A stretch of 64,000 nucleotides of DNA, taken from the NCBI GenBank assembly GCA_963825055.1, contig CAWGSK010000034.1:64001-128000 (forward strand). The letters run 5' to 3'. Made by a program: the position numbers and the translations under genes. Origin of the DNA: an uncultured Gemmatimonadales bacterium (GTDB lineage Bacteria > Gemmatimonadota > Gemmatimonadetes > Gemmatimonadales > GWC2-71-9). Positions 9,658 to 18,344 of this stretch are shown here, one piece after another. The notes beneath the pieces were generated by a model that was given only the letters and a program-made list of their open reading frames with translations, was not told the DNA's origin and searched no databases. Each line of letters begins with the position of its first letter. Position 1 is the first letter of the stretch.

Positions 9658-9825
9658 TCAGGCTGCGCGGATCACGGGCACATGCTGGTGCCAGTGGTCC
9701 TGGGCCTCTTCCTCGTCCGCGGTCCACATGTAAGCCCAGATCACGGCCGGCCGGGTGACGGGCTTGCCGTTCTGGATGATGATGCCCATTGGTTCCGCTG
9801 GGGCGGTGCGTGGAATGCTCGTCAC
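9658..9825 (-). CDS. 55-aa hypothetical small protein (absent from ORF track)
   Basis: GGAG-caggacc-GTG start; MTSIPRTAPAEPMGIIIQNGKPVTRPAVIWAYMWTADEEEAQDHWHQHVPVIRAA*; GC3-rich codons; terminator downstream. Confidence 0.65.
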   Translation of the reverse strand: MTSIPRTAPAEPMGIIIQNGKPVTRPAVIWAYMWTADEEEAQDHWHQHVPVIRAA

Positions 9826-9877
9826 GGTCCTGCTCCGGACAGGGGTTTACGGCTCTGAGTTCAGTCCCCTATAAAGG

Positions 9878-9894
9878 AAGCAGGTGGCGTGCCG
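9878..9894 (-). promoter_or_regulatory. Putative sigma-54 (-24/-12) promoter
   Basis: Minus strand CGGCACGCCACCTGCTT = GG-N10-GC, close to the TGGCACG-N4-TTGC consensus; IHF-like site at 9909-9935. Confidence 0.5.
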
Positions 9895-9935
9895 CGCGAT
9901 TTTGATTTGTAAGCTGATGTAACAGAATGGCTTAC

Positions 9936-10814
9936 CTAGGCAAGCCCTTTCCTGGCGTGTCTTTCGGACACGGACTCGGGTGTGTCGAGATGACACGATG
10001 GAGGGTGCGTGAGGATCATGCCGCGGGAAGGACGGGCGCCTTCACGGGGGCGGGTGACGGCCTCGCGTCCCCAGCCGGCGTAGTAGCCGAGAATGGCGTC
10101 CGGAGACAGACCCCCGCTCCTGCCGGGAAGCAGCACGTGCAGGCCACCGGGTACGGTGGCCATCTGGACATTGCGGAGCATCTCCTGGCGCTCGGCGCCC
10201 TCGAGGTGGTCCAGGGTGGAGGCGTCAAGAAGGATCACTTCCGCGGGCTCGACGGGGGGGAACCAGTGGCCCAGCTGGGCGACGAAAGCGTTGAACTCGG
10301 TGCCGAGCGATTCGCTCGCGGCGCGGGATTCGACCCGCTCGACCAGGCCGAGGTCGGCCGCGACGAAGGTGACGGCGGCATCATGCGCGGCGAGGAGGTA
10401 TGACGCTTCCTCGCAGGCCCCGCCCACGGCCAGCACATGGTCGCCGGGCTCGATCCGGGGCAGCAGCGGGATGGTCGGATGGTCCGGCGTCAGCCTCCAG
10501 TGGGTCGGCTCACGCTGGGCCTGGCGGAGGGCCAGGAAGTGGGTCCGCCACCGCCGGTACGAGCGGATGCTCAGCCGCTTCATGATGATGCGGTCGACCG
10601 AGTCCAGCATGAGCACCTCGGTCAGCACGAACTGTCCCTCGGCCGTGGCGTTGAGCTCCTGGACGGCATCGTCGCCCACGCGGAGCAACTCAGCCCGCGA
10701 GAGGGAGTTCTTGTACCCCTCGATCCGCTGAAGCACGTACTCCTGGTACTGCTGCTTCAGGGAAGGGGGCGGCCGGCGGCGCCGCTGCTGGCGGAGCTGC
10801 TCGAGCGTCAGCAT
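9936..10814 (-). CDS. Hypothetical protein with C-terminal class I SAM-methyltransferase-like fold
   Basis: IEPGDHVLAVGG...AVTFVAAD...ATVPGGLHVLL resembles a Rossmann MTase; start overlaps the CDF stop. Confidence 0.6.
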   Translation of the reverse strand: MLTLEQLRQQRRRRPPPSLKQQYQEYVLQRIEGYKNSLSRAELLRVGDDAVQELNATAEGQFVLTEVLMLDSVDRIIMKRLSIRSYRRWRTHFLALRQAQREPTHWRLTPDHPTIPLLPRIEPGDHVLAVGGACEEASYLLAAHDAAVTFVAADLGLVERVESRAASESLGTEFNAFVAQLGHWFPPVEPAEVILLDASTLDHLEGAERQEMLRNVQMATVPGGLHVLLPGRSGGLSPDAILGYYAGWGREAVTRPREGARPSRGMILTHPPSCHLDTPESVSERHARKGLA

Positions 10815-11692
10815 GGTTCCACGTGGACAACGATCTCCTGGATGTCGAGGCGGGCGCGGATTTCCTCCTCCACCGCGTCGGCGATTTCGTGGGCGATCGT
10901 GACGTTGACCGTACCGCTCACCGCGATGGTCAGTTCGGCGAAGCGCACCGCGGCCGCGGTGCGGCTGCGGATGGCGTACGCGCTCTCGACGCCCTCCACC
11001 TGTTCCGCGACGCCGCGGATGTCATCGCCATGGAGCGCCGCCTCGTCCACCAGGGTCGGCATGGCCCGGCGGATGATCTCCACCCCGATGCGGGCGACCA
11101 GGACCGCCACGATCATCGCCAGGACCGGGTCTGCCCACGGGTACCCGGAGGAAGACAGGTACAGCCCGGCGATGACCGCGGCGGTAATGAAGACGTCCAC
11201 CCGGGTGTGAGCCGCGTCGGCGAGGAGCACCTCGCTCTTGAGCCGCCGTCCGGCGCGGGTCTCGTACCAGGACACCCAGATGTTCACCACCAGCGTAAGG
11301 GCCAGCAGGGCTACGTCGAGCGGGGCGGCCGGCAGCGGGCCCGCGCCCTCCAGCAGGCGGCCGATGGAGCCCTTGAGCAACTCGAAGACGCTGACGGAGA
11401 GGAACACCACCACCAGCAGCGCCCCCAGCGACTCGAATTTCTCGTGCCCGTACGGGTGATCTTCGTCCGGAGCCTTTGAGGCGACCCGCATCACGGCCAG
11501 CCCGAGCACGTTGTTCAGCGCGTCCACCGAGGCGTGAATGGCGTCACCGAATACCGCCAGCGATCCCGTCGCCACTCCCACGGCGACCTTCAGGAGGACG
11601 ACGAAGATATTGGCGGCCAGGAGCCCGATGAGCACCCGCCGGATCGCCCGATGGCGGGCATCGGCCTGGAAAGGATTGCGCACTGCGGACAA
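10808..11692 (-). CDS. Cation diffusion facilitator (FieF/YiiP-like) transporter
   Basis: SLAVFGDAIHASVD, PDEDHPYGHEKFE, LADAAHTRVD, AHEIADAVE...VVHVEP. Confidence 0.93.
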   Translation of the reverse strand: MSAVRNPFQADARHRAIRRVLIGLLAANIFVVLLKVAVGVATGSLAVFGDAIHASVDALNNVLGLAVMRVASKAPDEDHPYGHEKFESLGALLVVVFLSVSVFELLKGSIGRLLEGAGPLPAAPLDVALLALTLVVNIWVSWYETRAGRRLKSEVLLADAAHTRVDVFITAAVIAGLYLSSSGYPWADPVLAMIVAVLVARIGVEIIRRAMPTLVDEAALHGDDIRGVAEQVEGVESAYAIRSRTAAAVRFAELTIAVSGTVNVTIAHEIADAVEEEIRARLDIQEIVVHVEPC

Positions 11693-11747
11693 AACTCATG
11701 CATCCCCGACAGGGTGTCAACGCACCACGGTGGCCGATCCCCGCGGC

Positions 11748-11775
11748 TTGAATTAGATGTTTAGCAAATTATTTT
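11748..11775 (+). promoter_or_regulatory. Promoter and imperfect palindromic operator of the ArsR-family regulator
   Basis: TTGAAT-N16-TATTTT 8 nt before the ATG; AATTAGAT-gttt-AGCAAATT imperfect inverted repeat in an AT-rich island. Confidence 0.45.
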
Positions 11776-11783
11776 ATTATATC

Positions 11784-12065
11784 ATGCTGGACAAGTCCTA
11801 TAAGGCCCTGGCCGACCCCACCCGGCGCCGCATCCTCGAGCTGCTGCGCGACCGGGACCTTCCCGCGGGGGACATCGCCGCCGAGTTCCCGGTGGCGTGG
11901 GCCAGTGTGTCACACCATCTCTCTGTCCTGCGCGAGGCCGAGTTGATCCGGAGCGAGCGGGACGGCCAGTTCATCCGCTATTCCATCAATCCCGCCACCG
12001 TGCAGGGACTGCTCGAACACCTGAAGACCGTGACGGGGAGCCGCCGCCGCCGGCGCGCCTCCTGA
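11784..12065 (+). CDS. ArsR/SmtB family transcriptional repressor (SdpR-like)
   Basis: YKALADPTRRRILELLR..DLPAGDIA...SVSHHLSVLREAELI..ERDGQFIRYS. Confidence 0.9.
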   Translation: MLDKSYKALADPTRRRILELLRDRDLPAGDIAAEFPVAWASVSHHLSVLREAELIRSERDGQFIRYSINPATVQGLLEHLKTVTGSRRRRRAS

Positions 12066-12079
12066 ACCTCGAGGACATT

Positions 12080-13435
12080 ATGCCCCGCCCGCGCACGCCC
12101 CTCACCGCCCTGCTCCTCATCCTGACCCTCGCCGCCGTTGCACGGCTCCAGGCGCAGGCCCCCGACTCGGCCGAAGCCCGCCAGGAAGCGGTCGCCTTCC
12201 TTGACCTTCTGGTCGCCGGCCAGGTCGACTCCGCCTGGGTCCGCTTCGATGACAACATGCGGAATGTGCTTTCCGCGGAGAAGCTGGAGGCCACCTGGCA
12301 GACGGTGCTCAACAGTGCCGGGGCCTTCCAGCAGGTGGACAGCACATCCTTCCAACGCTCCGGGCCGTTCCGCGTGGTGACCCTCCTGGCCGCCTTCGAG
12401 CAGGTGCGGGCCGATATCAGGGTCGCCCTCGATGACCAGGACCGGGTGTCCGGCCTCTACTTCCTGCCCCATCGGGAGCACCCGGCGGAGACCTGGGAGC
12501 CCGCCTCCTACGTGGACACCGCAGCATTCCGTGAAGTGCCGGTCATGATCGGTGCGGGTGACGACACCTTGCCGGGCACCCTGTCCGTCCCCCGGGGCGA
12601 CGGGCCCTTCCCGGCGCTTGTCCTGGTGCACGGCTCGGGGCCGCAAGACCGGGACGAGACGATCGGCCCCAACAAGCCCTTCCGCGACCTGGCCTGGGGG
12701 CTGGCAAGCCGGGGCGTGGCGGTCCTGCGCTACGAAAAGCGTACGAAGGTGTACCCGGCCCAGTTCTCCGCAGCGGCGGGCGGCTTCACGGTCGAGCAGG
12801 AGACGATCCGGGATGCGGTTGGCGCGGTGGCGTTGCTGCGCGAACAACCCGGGATCAAGCCGCGGCATGTGTTCCTCCTGGGCCACAGCCTGGGAGGCAT
12901 GCTGGCGCCGAGGATTGCGTTGCGGGCCCCCGGCCTGGCCGGACTCATCATCCTGGCCGGGACGACCAGGCAGCTCGACCTGGTCATCCTGGACCAGATC
13001 AATTACATCGCCAGCATTCAGGGGGATTCGCTGCCCGCCGCGCAGCAGGCGGCCCTGGACAAGGTCAGGACCGAGGCGGCCCGCGTCCGCGAACTGAAAC
13101 CGGGTGACAGTGCCTCCACCGCGCCCGTCCTGGGCGCGCCACCATCCTACTGGCTCGACCTGAGACGGTACGACCCCGCGGCCACCGCCCGGAAGGTGCA
13201 TGTGCCGATGCTGATCCTGCAGGGGGGCCGGGACTACCAGGTTACGGAGCAGGATTTCGACGGGTGGCGGAAGGCACTGGATGGCAGGAAGGATGTGACA
13301 TTCCACCTGTTCCCCTCGCTGAACCACCTGTTCATTGCCGGGGAGGGGCGGATCGCGCCGGAGGAGTACAGTCGTCCGGGTCATGTGGATCCGGAGGTGG
13401 TGGAGCAGGTGGCCGGCTGGATTGCCGGCCACTGA
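12080..13435 (+). CDS. Exported alpha/beta-hydrolase with N-terminal DUF3887-like domain
   Basis: GAGGA RBS; signal peptide; VHGSGPQDRDETIGPNKPFRDLA; GHSLGG nucleophile elbow; QGGRDYQV; LNHLF. Confidence 0.88.
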   Translation: MPRPRTPLTALLLILTLAAVARLQAQAPDSAEARQEAVAFLDLLVAGQVDSAWVRFDDNMRNVLSAEKLEATWQTVLNSAGAFQQVDSTSFQRSGPFRVVTLLAAFEQVRADIRVALDDQDRVSGLYFLPHREHPAETWEPASYVDTAAFREVPVMIGAGDDTLPGTLSVPRGDGPFPALVLVHGSGPQDRDETIGPNKPFRDLAWGLASRGVAVLRYEKRTKVYPAQFSAAAGGFTVEQETIRDAVGAVALLREQPGIKPRHVFLLGHSLGGMLAPRIALRAPGLAGLIILAGTTRQLDLVILDQINYIASIQGDSLPAAQQAALDKVRTEAARVRELKPGDSASTAPVLGAPPSYWLDLRRYDPAATARKVHVPMLILQGGRDYQVTEQDFDGWRKALDGRKDVTFHLFPSLNHLFIAGEGRIAPEEYSRPGHVDPEVVEQVAGWIAGH

Positions 13436-13436
13436 G

Positions 13437-14630
13437 TCAGACCGCGCGGACTATCGCGCCCTTCAGGTAGCTGGTTTCGGGAATGGTGAGGACTTCGGGA
13501 TGGTCGATCCCCTGAACCAGCAACTCCTCGAGCCGGAGGCGCCGGCCACTGTCGGCGGCCGCCTGGGCGAGCATGCCGAAGAACTTCTCCCGGTCCACAT
13601 GGTGGCTGCAGCTGGCCGTGAGCAGGATTCCGTCGGGCGAGAGCAGCCTCATGGCCCTGAGGTTGATCTCACCATAGCCCCGCAGGGCCTGTCCCACGGC
13701 GGAGCGACTCTTGGCGAAGGCCGGAGGGTCGAGGACGATCATGTCGAAGGCCGCGCCCTCCCGCTCCCTCGCCCGCAACCACTCGAAGGCGTCGGCCGCC
13801 TCCCACCTGATGTTCCCGAAGCCGTTGAGCCCGGCGTTGCGGCGCCCGCGCTCCAGCGCCTCGGCGCTCGCATCGAGCGCGACCACCTCCCCTGCCCGTC
13901 CAGCGAGGTGTATCGCGAACGAGCCGTGATAGCTGAAGCAGTCGAGGGCACGGCCGCCCTCCGGCGCGAGCACGCCGGCCCGGAGCCGGGCGGGACGCTG
14001 GTCCAGGAACGCGCCGGTCTTCTGGCCGGTCCAGGGCGCCGCCAGGTAGCGGACGGCGCCTTCGCGTACCTCGATGTCGCCGGGGACGCTGCCTGCCGCG
14101 AGCGAGACCTCCCTGGGCAGGCCCTCCCGGCTCCGGACGGCTGGATCATTCCGGAGCAGGATGCCTTCCGGCCGGAGTACGTCGGTAATGGCCGCGAGTA
14201 CGTCCTCGCGATGGCGCTCGAGACCGGCGGAGAGCAGCTGCACCACTACCCAGCGATCGTACCGGTCCACCACCAGCGAGGGCAGCCCGTCCGCCTCGCC
14301 ATGCACTACGCGCCAGGCCGTGGCATCGATGTTCTTGCGGCGGCGGGCCGCCGCGCCAATCCGCTCGCGCCACCAGGCCGGGTCAATGGACCGGTCTGTC
14401 TCCTCGATCAGCCGGAGTCGGATGCTGGATGCCGGGGAGTTGAGGGCCTGGCCCACGAATCGGCCCCGGGTGTCATGCACGGCGACGATGCCGGCCTCAT
14501 CAGGGGCCTGGCGCACGTCGCTTCGGAAGATCCACGGATGGCCCCGCACCCAGCGCGCGGCGCCGCGATCGCTGACGACGGCCGTGGCACGCGGGGACGC
14601 CGCATGAGGCGGAGGAGAGGTCGATGACAT
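13437..14630 (-). CDS. rlmI: RlmI-like class I SAM-dependent rRNA m5C methyltransferase
   Basis: GHPWIFRSD, GEADGLPSLVVDRY, GQKTGAFLDQR, LDCFSYHGSF, DPPAFAK, TASCS, IPETSYLK; exact start uncertain. Confidence 0.85.
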   Translation of the reverse strand: MSSTSPPPHAASPRATAVVSDRGAARWVRGHPWIFRSDVRQAPDEAGIVAVHDTRGRFVGQALNSPASSIRLRLIEETDRSIDPAWWRERIGAAARRRKNIDATAWRVVHGEADGLPSLVVDRYDRWVVVQLLSAGLERHREDVLAAITDVLRPEGILLRNDPAVRSREGLPREVSLAAGSVPGDIEVREGAVRYLAAPWTGQKTGAFLDQRPARLRAGVLAPEGGRALDCFSYHGSFAIHLAGRAGEVVALDASAEALERGRRNAGLNGFGNIRWEAADAFEWLRAREREGAAFDMIVLDPPAFAKSRSAVGQALRGYGEINLRAMRLLSPDGILLTASCSHHVDREKFFGMLAQAAADSGRRLRLEELLVQGIDHPEVLTIPETSYLKGAIVRAV

Positions 14631-15241
14631 CGGCACGCAATTTAGCCGCGGTACTCCGGCTCATGCTGGTGACCGACGACGGCCTGCTCGCGGGACGGGA
14701 CCCCGTGGCGGTCGCCCGGGCCGCCGTCCTGGGCGGCGTGACATCCGTGCAGGTGCGGCTCAAGGAATGCCCGCCGCGTGAACTCTGTCGTGTCGTGCGC
14801 CGGATGGTGGCCGCCCTCACCGTGCCCGTGTTCGTGAACGACCGCCTCGACGTGGCGATTGCCGCCGGGGCCGCCGGTGTCCACCTCGGTCCGGACGATG
14901 TCCCGGTTGCCCTGGCGCGGCGGATCACGCCTCCCGGATTCCTGCTCGGGGCCAGCGTGGGGACACTCACCGAGGTTGCGGGCGGCGCAGGCGCGGACTA
15001 CTGGGGCATCGGCCCCTGGCGCGCGACCGGGACCAAGCAGGACGCCGGCAGCGCGCTCGGCGCGGATGGGGTACGGGCGATCCTGTCGCTGCCCTCCGCG
15101 CCACCCGGCGTGGTGATCGGCGGCGTGCGTCCGGAGGACGTGCCGGAGATACGCGCGCTGGGTGCGGCCGGGGTTGCCGTGGTGAGCGGGATACTGGCCG
15201 GCGAGGACGTGGAGGCGAGGGCGGGGGAGTATCGGGAGTAG
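14624..15241 (+). CDS. thiE: Thiamine phosphate synthase
   Basis: LMLVTD, GGVTSVQVRLK, VNDRLDVA..AGAAGVHLGPDD, TGTKQDA, VIGG, GVAVVSGI. Confidence 0.9.
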   Translation: MTSARNLAAVLRLMLVTDDGLLAGRDPVAVARAAVLGGVTSVQVRLKECPPRELCRVVRRMVAALTVPVFVNDRLDVAIAAGAAGVHLGPDDVPVALARRITPPGFLLGASVGTLTEVAGGAGADYWGIGPWRATGTKQDAGSALGADGVRAILSLPSAPPGVVIGGVRPEDVPEIRALGAAGVAVVSGILAGEDVEARAGEYRE

Positions 15242-15279
15242 GGAGTAGGGAGTCGTTGAGTGGTAAGTAGCTAACTTCG

Positions 15280-15387
15280 GTCCGCCCTGTCCGCCCTGTC
15301 CGCCCTGTCCGCCCTGTCCGCCCTGTCCGCCCTGTCCGCCCTGTCCGCCCTGTCCGCCCGGTCCGCCCTGTCCGCCCTGTCCGCCCT
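15280..15387 (+). repeat. Tandem 9-mer (GTCCGCCCT)x12
   Basis: 12 consecutive units, one variant GTCCGCCCG, abutting the mltG stop. Confidence 0.95.
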
Positions 15388-15388
15388 C

Positions 15389-16417
15389 TCAGTTCATCAC
15401 CAGCGAGTCCGGCACCGCGGAATCAGGTACCGTCCGCGGGGGCGCCTTTTTCATGGCCCGGGCCCTCGCGATGGCGGCGAGGTGCTGCTGGTAAGTCCGG
15501 CTGAAATCGTGGCGTCCACCCTCGGTTGCGACGAAGTACAGGTACGGCACCTTCTTCGGATAGAGCGCCGCCTCGATGCTGGCGAGGCCGGGGGAAGCGA
15601 TCGGTCCCGGCGGGAGTCCGGGGTTCAGGTAGGTGTTGTACGGGCTTGGCGTGCGATAGTCGCGCACGAAGAGCCGGGCCTTCCGCTCCCCGGTGCGCTG
15701 CTGGATGGCATACTGGACCGTGGGGTCGGCCTGAAGCGCCATCCCGATCCTGAGACGGTTGTGATAGACCCCGGCGATGACCGGGCGTTCCGAGTCGTGG
15801 ATCGCCTCTCCCTCCACGATCGACGCCAGGGTGACGATCTCCCGTCGCGACATGTGCAGCGTGTCGAGCCGGGCCGTCCACTCCGGCTTCCAGGCACGGA
15901 GAAAGCCATCAACCATGGTCCCGACCACCTGTCGGGCCACGACGTCCACCGGGAACTGGTATGTGTCGGGCAGGAGGAACCCCTCGACGGAAGGCGCGGC
16001 GATGCCCAGCAGGCCGGTGATCTCCGGGTCGCGGGCGGCAGCCATGAACGAATCGGGGCTGACCTGGAGCTCTTTCGCCGCCAGTTCCGCCACGTCCTGC
16101 AGCGTCAAACCCTCCGGCACGGTGAGGCGAAGAGTGAGCACCCTCCCCTCCCGGAGGCCGTTCAGTACCTGCCAGGCCGAACTCCCCGGGGTGAACTCAT
16201 AGATTCCCGCCTGCACCTCACGATCGATCCGCCGGACCCGGGCGAGGAGGTTGAACCAGGTGCGGTGGGTGACGATGTCGTGTGCGACCAGGCTGTCAGT
16301 AATCTGGCGGAAGGAGGCGCCCTTCGGGACAGTCACCCGCTCCGGGGTGCCGCCGGGACTCCCGCCGCACGCGGCGGCCAGGATGATCACGGGAAGCGCG
16401 CGGCGGAGCACCCTCAC
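15389..16417 (-). CDS. mltG: Endolytic transglycosylase MltG (YceG)
   Basis: TVPEG, EGFLLPDTY, LASIVEGEA, NRLRIGMALQADPTVQY, SPYNTY..PGLPPGPIASPG, YLYFVA. Confidence 0.95.
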   Translation of the reverse strand: MRVLRRALPVIILAAACGGSPGGTPERVTVPKGASFRQITDSLVAHDIVTHRTWFNLLARVRRIDREVQAGIYEFTPGSSAWQVLNGLREGRVLTLRLTVPEGLTLQDVAELAAKELQVSPDSFMAAARDPEITGLLGIAAPSVEGFLLPDTYQFPVDVVARQVVGTMVDGFLRAWKPEWTARLDTLHMSRREIVTLASIVEGEAIHDSERPVIAGVYHNRLRIGMALQADPTVQYAIQQRTGERKARLFVRDYRTPSPYNTYLNPGLPPGPIASPGLASIEAALYPKKVPYLYFVATEGGRHDFSRTYQQHLAAIARARAMKKAPPRTVPDSAVPDSLVMN

Positions 16418-16884
16418 GCGCCGCTCCGCCGCGCGTCCATCACCTGCTGCAGAAGCACGGCCGCGGCGAGCGCGTCCACCTCCTCGCGACGGCCGCGCAC
16501 CGACCCTCCCTGTTCGCGGATGGCGCCGAGGGCGCGGGCGGTGGTGAAGCGCTCGTCGGCGAGCACCACCGGCAATCCCGTCCGCCGCCTGATGGTGTCT
16601 GCCAGGGTCCGGACCTCGGCCACCTTGGCGCCCTCCGTGCCGTCAGGTTCCAGGGGGAGGCCGATGATGACCGCCGCTGGCGCGAGCCGGCCGACGATTT
16701 CCAGGAAGGCCGGCATGGGGAAGCGCTTGCCGCGCCGCCGGGTGAGCGTGGTGACGGGGGAGGCGATGATCTGCATCTCGTCGCTGGCGGCGACGCCGAA
16801 CCGCACCTCGCCCCAGTCCAGGGCGAGCAGGCGGCCGGACACGGGGAGGGGCGTGCTGGAATCCATCGGGGCGGCCCGCGCCAT
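16414..16884 (-). CDS. ruvX: Holliday junction resolvase-like RuvX/YqgF
   Basis: LLALDWGEVRFGVAASD, IIGLPL, DERFTT, VDALAAAVLLQ; start may be ATG 16866. Confidence 0.92.
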   Translation of the reverse strand: MARAAPMDSSTPLPVSGRLLALDWGEVRFGVAASDEMQIIASPVTTLTRRRGKRFPMPAFLEIVGRLAPAAVIIGLPLEPDGTEGAKVAEVRTLADTIRRRTGLPVVLADERFTTARALGAIREQGGSVRGRREEVDALAAAVLLQQVMDARRSGA

Positions 16885-16892
16885 GGCTCGGG

Positions 16893-18140
16893 CTACTGCG
16901 CCATGGTCGCGAAGAATTCCTTGTTGTTCTTGGTGCGCTTCATCCGCTCGAGCAGGAACTCCAGCGCCTCGACCGGCGGCATGTCGGCCAGGAAGTTCCG
17001 CAGCAGGTAGATGCGGTTGAGCTCGTCCTTGTCCATGAGGAGCTCTTCCTTCCGCGTGCTGGTGCGCTGGATGTCGATGGCGGGGTAGATGCGCCGGTCG
17101 GCGAGGCGGCGGTCGAGCACCAGCTCCATGTTGCCGGTGCCCTTGAACTCCTCGAAGATGACCTCGTCCATCCGGCTGCCGGTGTCGATCAGGGCTGTCG
17201 CGATGATGGTGAGGCTGCCCCCGCCGTCAATGTTCCGGGCGGCCCCGAAGAACCGCTTCGGCTTCTGGAGCGCGTTGGCGTCGACACCGCCGGAGAGGAT
17301 CTTGCCGGAGTGGGGGACGACGACGTTGTGTGCGCGGGCAAGCCGGGTGATGGAGTCCAGCAGGATGACAACGTCGCGACCGTGCTCCACCAGGCGTTTT
17401 GACTTCTCGATGACCATGTCAGCCACCTGGACGTGCCGGTCCGCCGGCTCGTCGAACGTCGAGCTGATCACCTCGGCCTCGACGTTTTCCTGCATGTCGG
17501 TGACTTCCTCCGGCCGCTCGTCGATCAGCAGGACGATGAGCACGACGTCCGGGTTGTTCTCGCTGATGGCGTTCGCGAGTTTCTGGAGGAGGATGGTCTT
17601 GCCGGCCTTCGGCGGGGCGACGATCAGCCCGCGCTGGCCCCGGCCGATGGGGGAGAGCAGGTCCACGACCCGCATCGAGAGGTCACCGTTCTTCCGCTCC
17701 AGCCGCAGGCGGGCGTCGGGGTACCGCGGCTTGAGGTTGTCGAATGCGATCCGGTGCTTGGTCTTCTCCGGCTCCTCAAAGTTGACGCTCTCGACTTTGA
17801 GCAGCGCGAGGTAGCGCTCGCCCTCCTTGGGCGGACGAACCTGGCCGCTGACTGTGTCACCGGTGCGCAGGTCGAAGCGCTTGATCTGGCTCGGGCTCAC
17901 GTAGATGTCGTCGGGCCCGTACAGGTAGTTCCAGTCCTGGCTGCGCAGGAACCCATAGCCTTCAGGGAGGATCTCGAGCACGCCCTCCCCACGAATCACC
18001 GTATCCGCGTCGAGCAGGGATTGCTCGATACGAAAGATCAGGTCCTGCTTGCGGAGCCCGGAGTAGTTGGTGATGTTCAACTGCTCCGCAAGCTCGTGCA
18101 GCTCGGCGACCGATTTCTGTTTCAGCTCAGCGATGTCCAC
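16893..18140 (-). CDS. rho: Transcription termination factor Rho
   Basis: [65 protein letters not shown] start at 18140. Confidence 0.97.
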   Translation of the reverse strand: MDIAELKQKSVAELHELAEQLNITNYSGLRKQDLIFRIEQSLLDADTVIRGEGVLEILPEGYGFLRSQDWNYLYGPDDIYVSPSQIKRFDLRTGDTVSGQVRPPKEGERYLALLKVESVNFEEPEKTKHRIAFDNLKPRYPDARLRLERKNGDLSMRVVDLLSPIGRGQRGLIVAPPKAGKTILLQKLANAISENNPDVVLIVLLIDERPEEVTDMQENVEAEVISSTFDEPADRHVQVADMVIEKSKRLVEHGRDVVILLDSITRLARAHNVVVPHSGKILSGGVDANALQKPKRFFGAARNIDGGGSLTIIATALIDTGSRMDEVIFEEFKGTGNMELVLDRRLADRRIYPAIDIQRTSTRKEELLMDKDELNRIYLLRNFLADMPPVEALEFLLERMKRTKNNKEFFATMAQ

Positions 18141-18344
18141 GGGGAGACGGCTCCATGCGGGGAAGGTCCGCCGGCCGGGCGGGGCACCCATGTGCCGCGC
18201 GGAAGCGGCGGCCGGATCGGATTACGTTGGTCAGATTTGCGAGGGCCCGTGTACGGGACCGGGTATTCGGATTGGCCGGGGAGTCCAGGGGTAAAGGAAG
18301 CACTGCATGATAGAACGCGCCGGAGACACCGTCAAGAGGGCACC

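Noticed and set aside
15280..15387. Tandem repeats here and at 27471 and 43781 as CRISPR arrays
   Set aside because: Contiguous 7-9 bp units with no unique spacers, and no cas genes in the window
17433..18344. 300-aa N-terminal extension of the site-2 protease ORF
   Set aside because: Antisense to rho; a plausible GTG start with RBS exists at 18345
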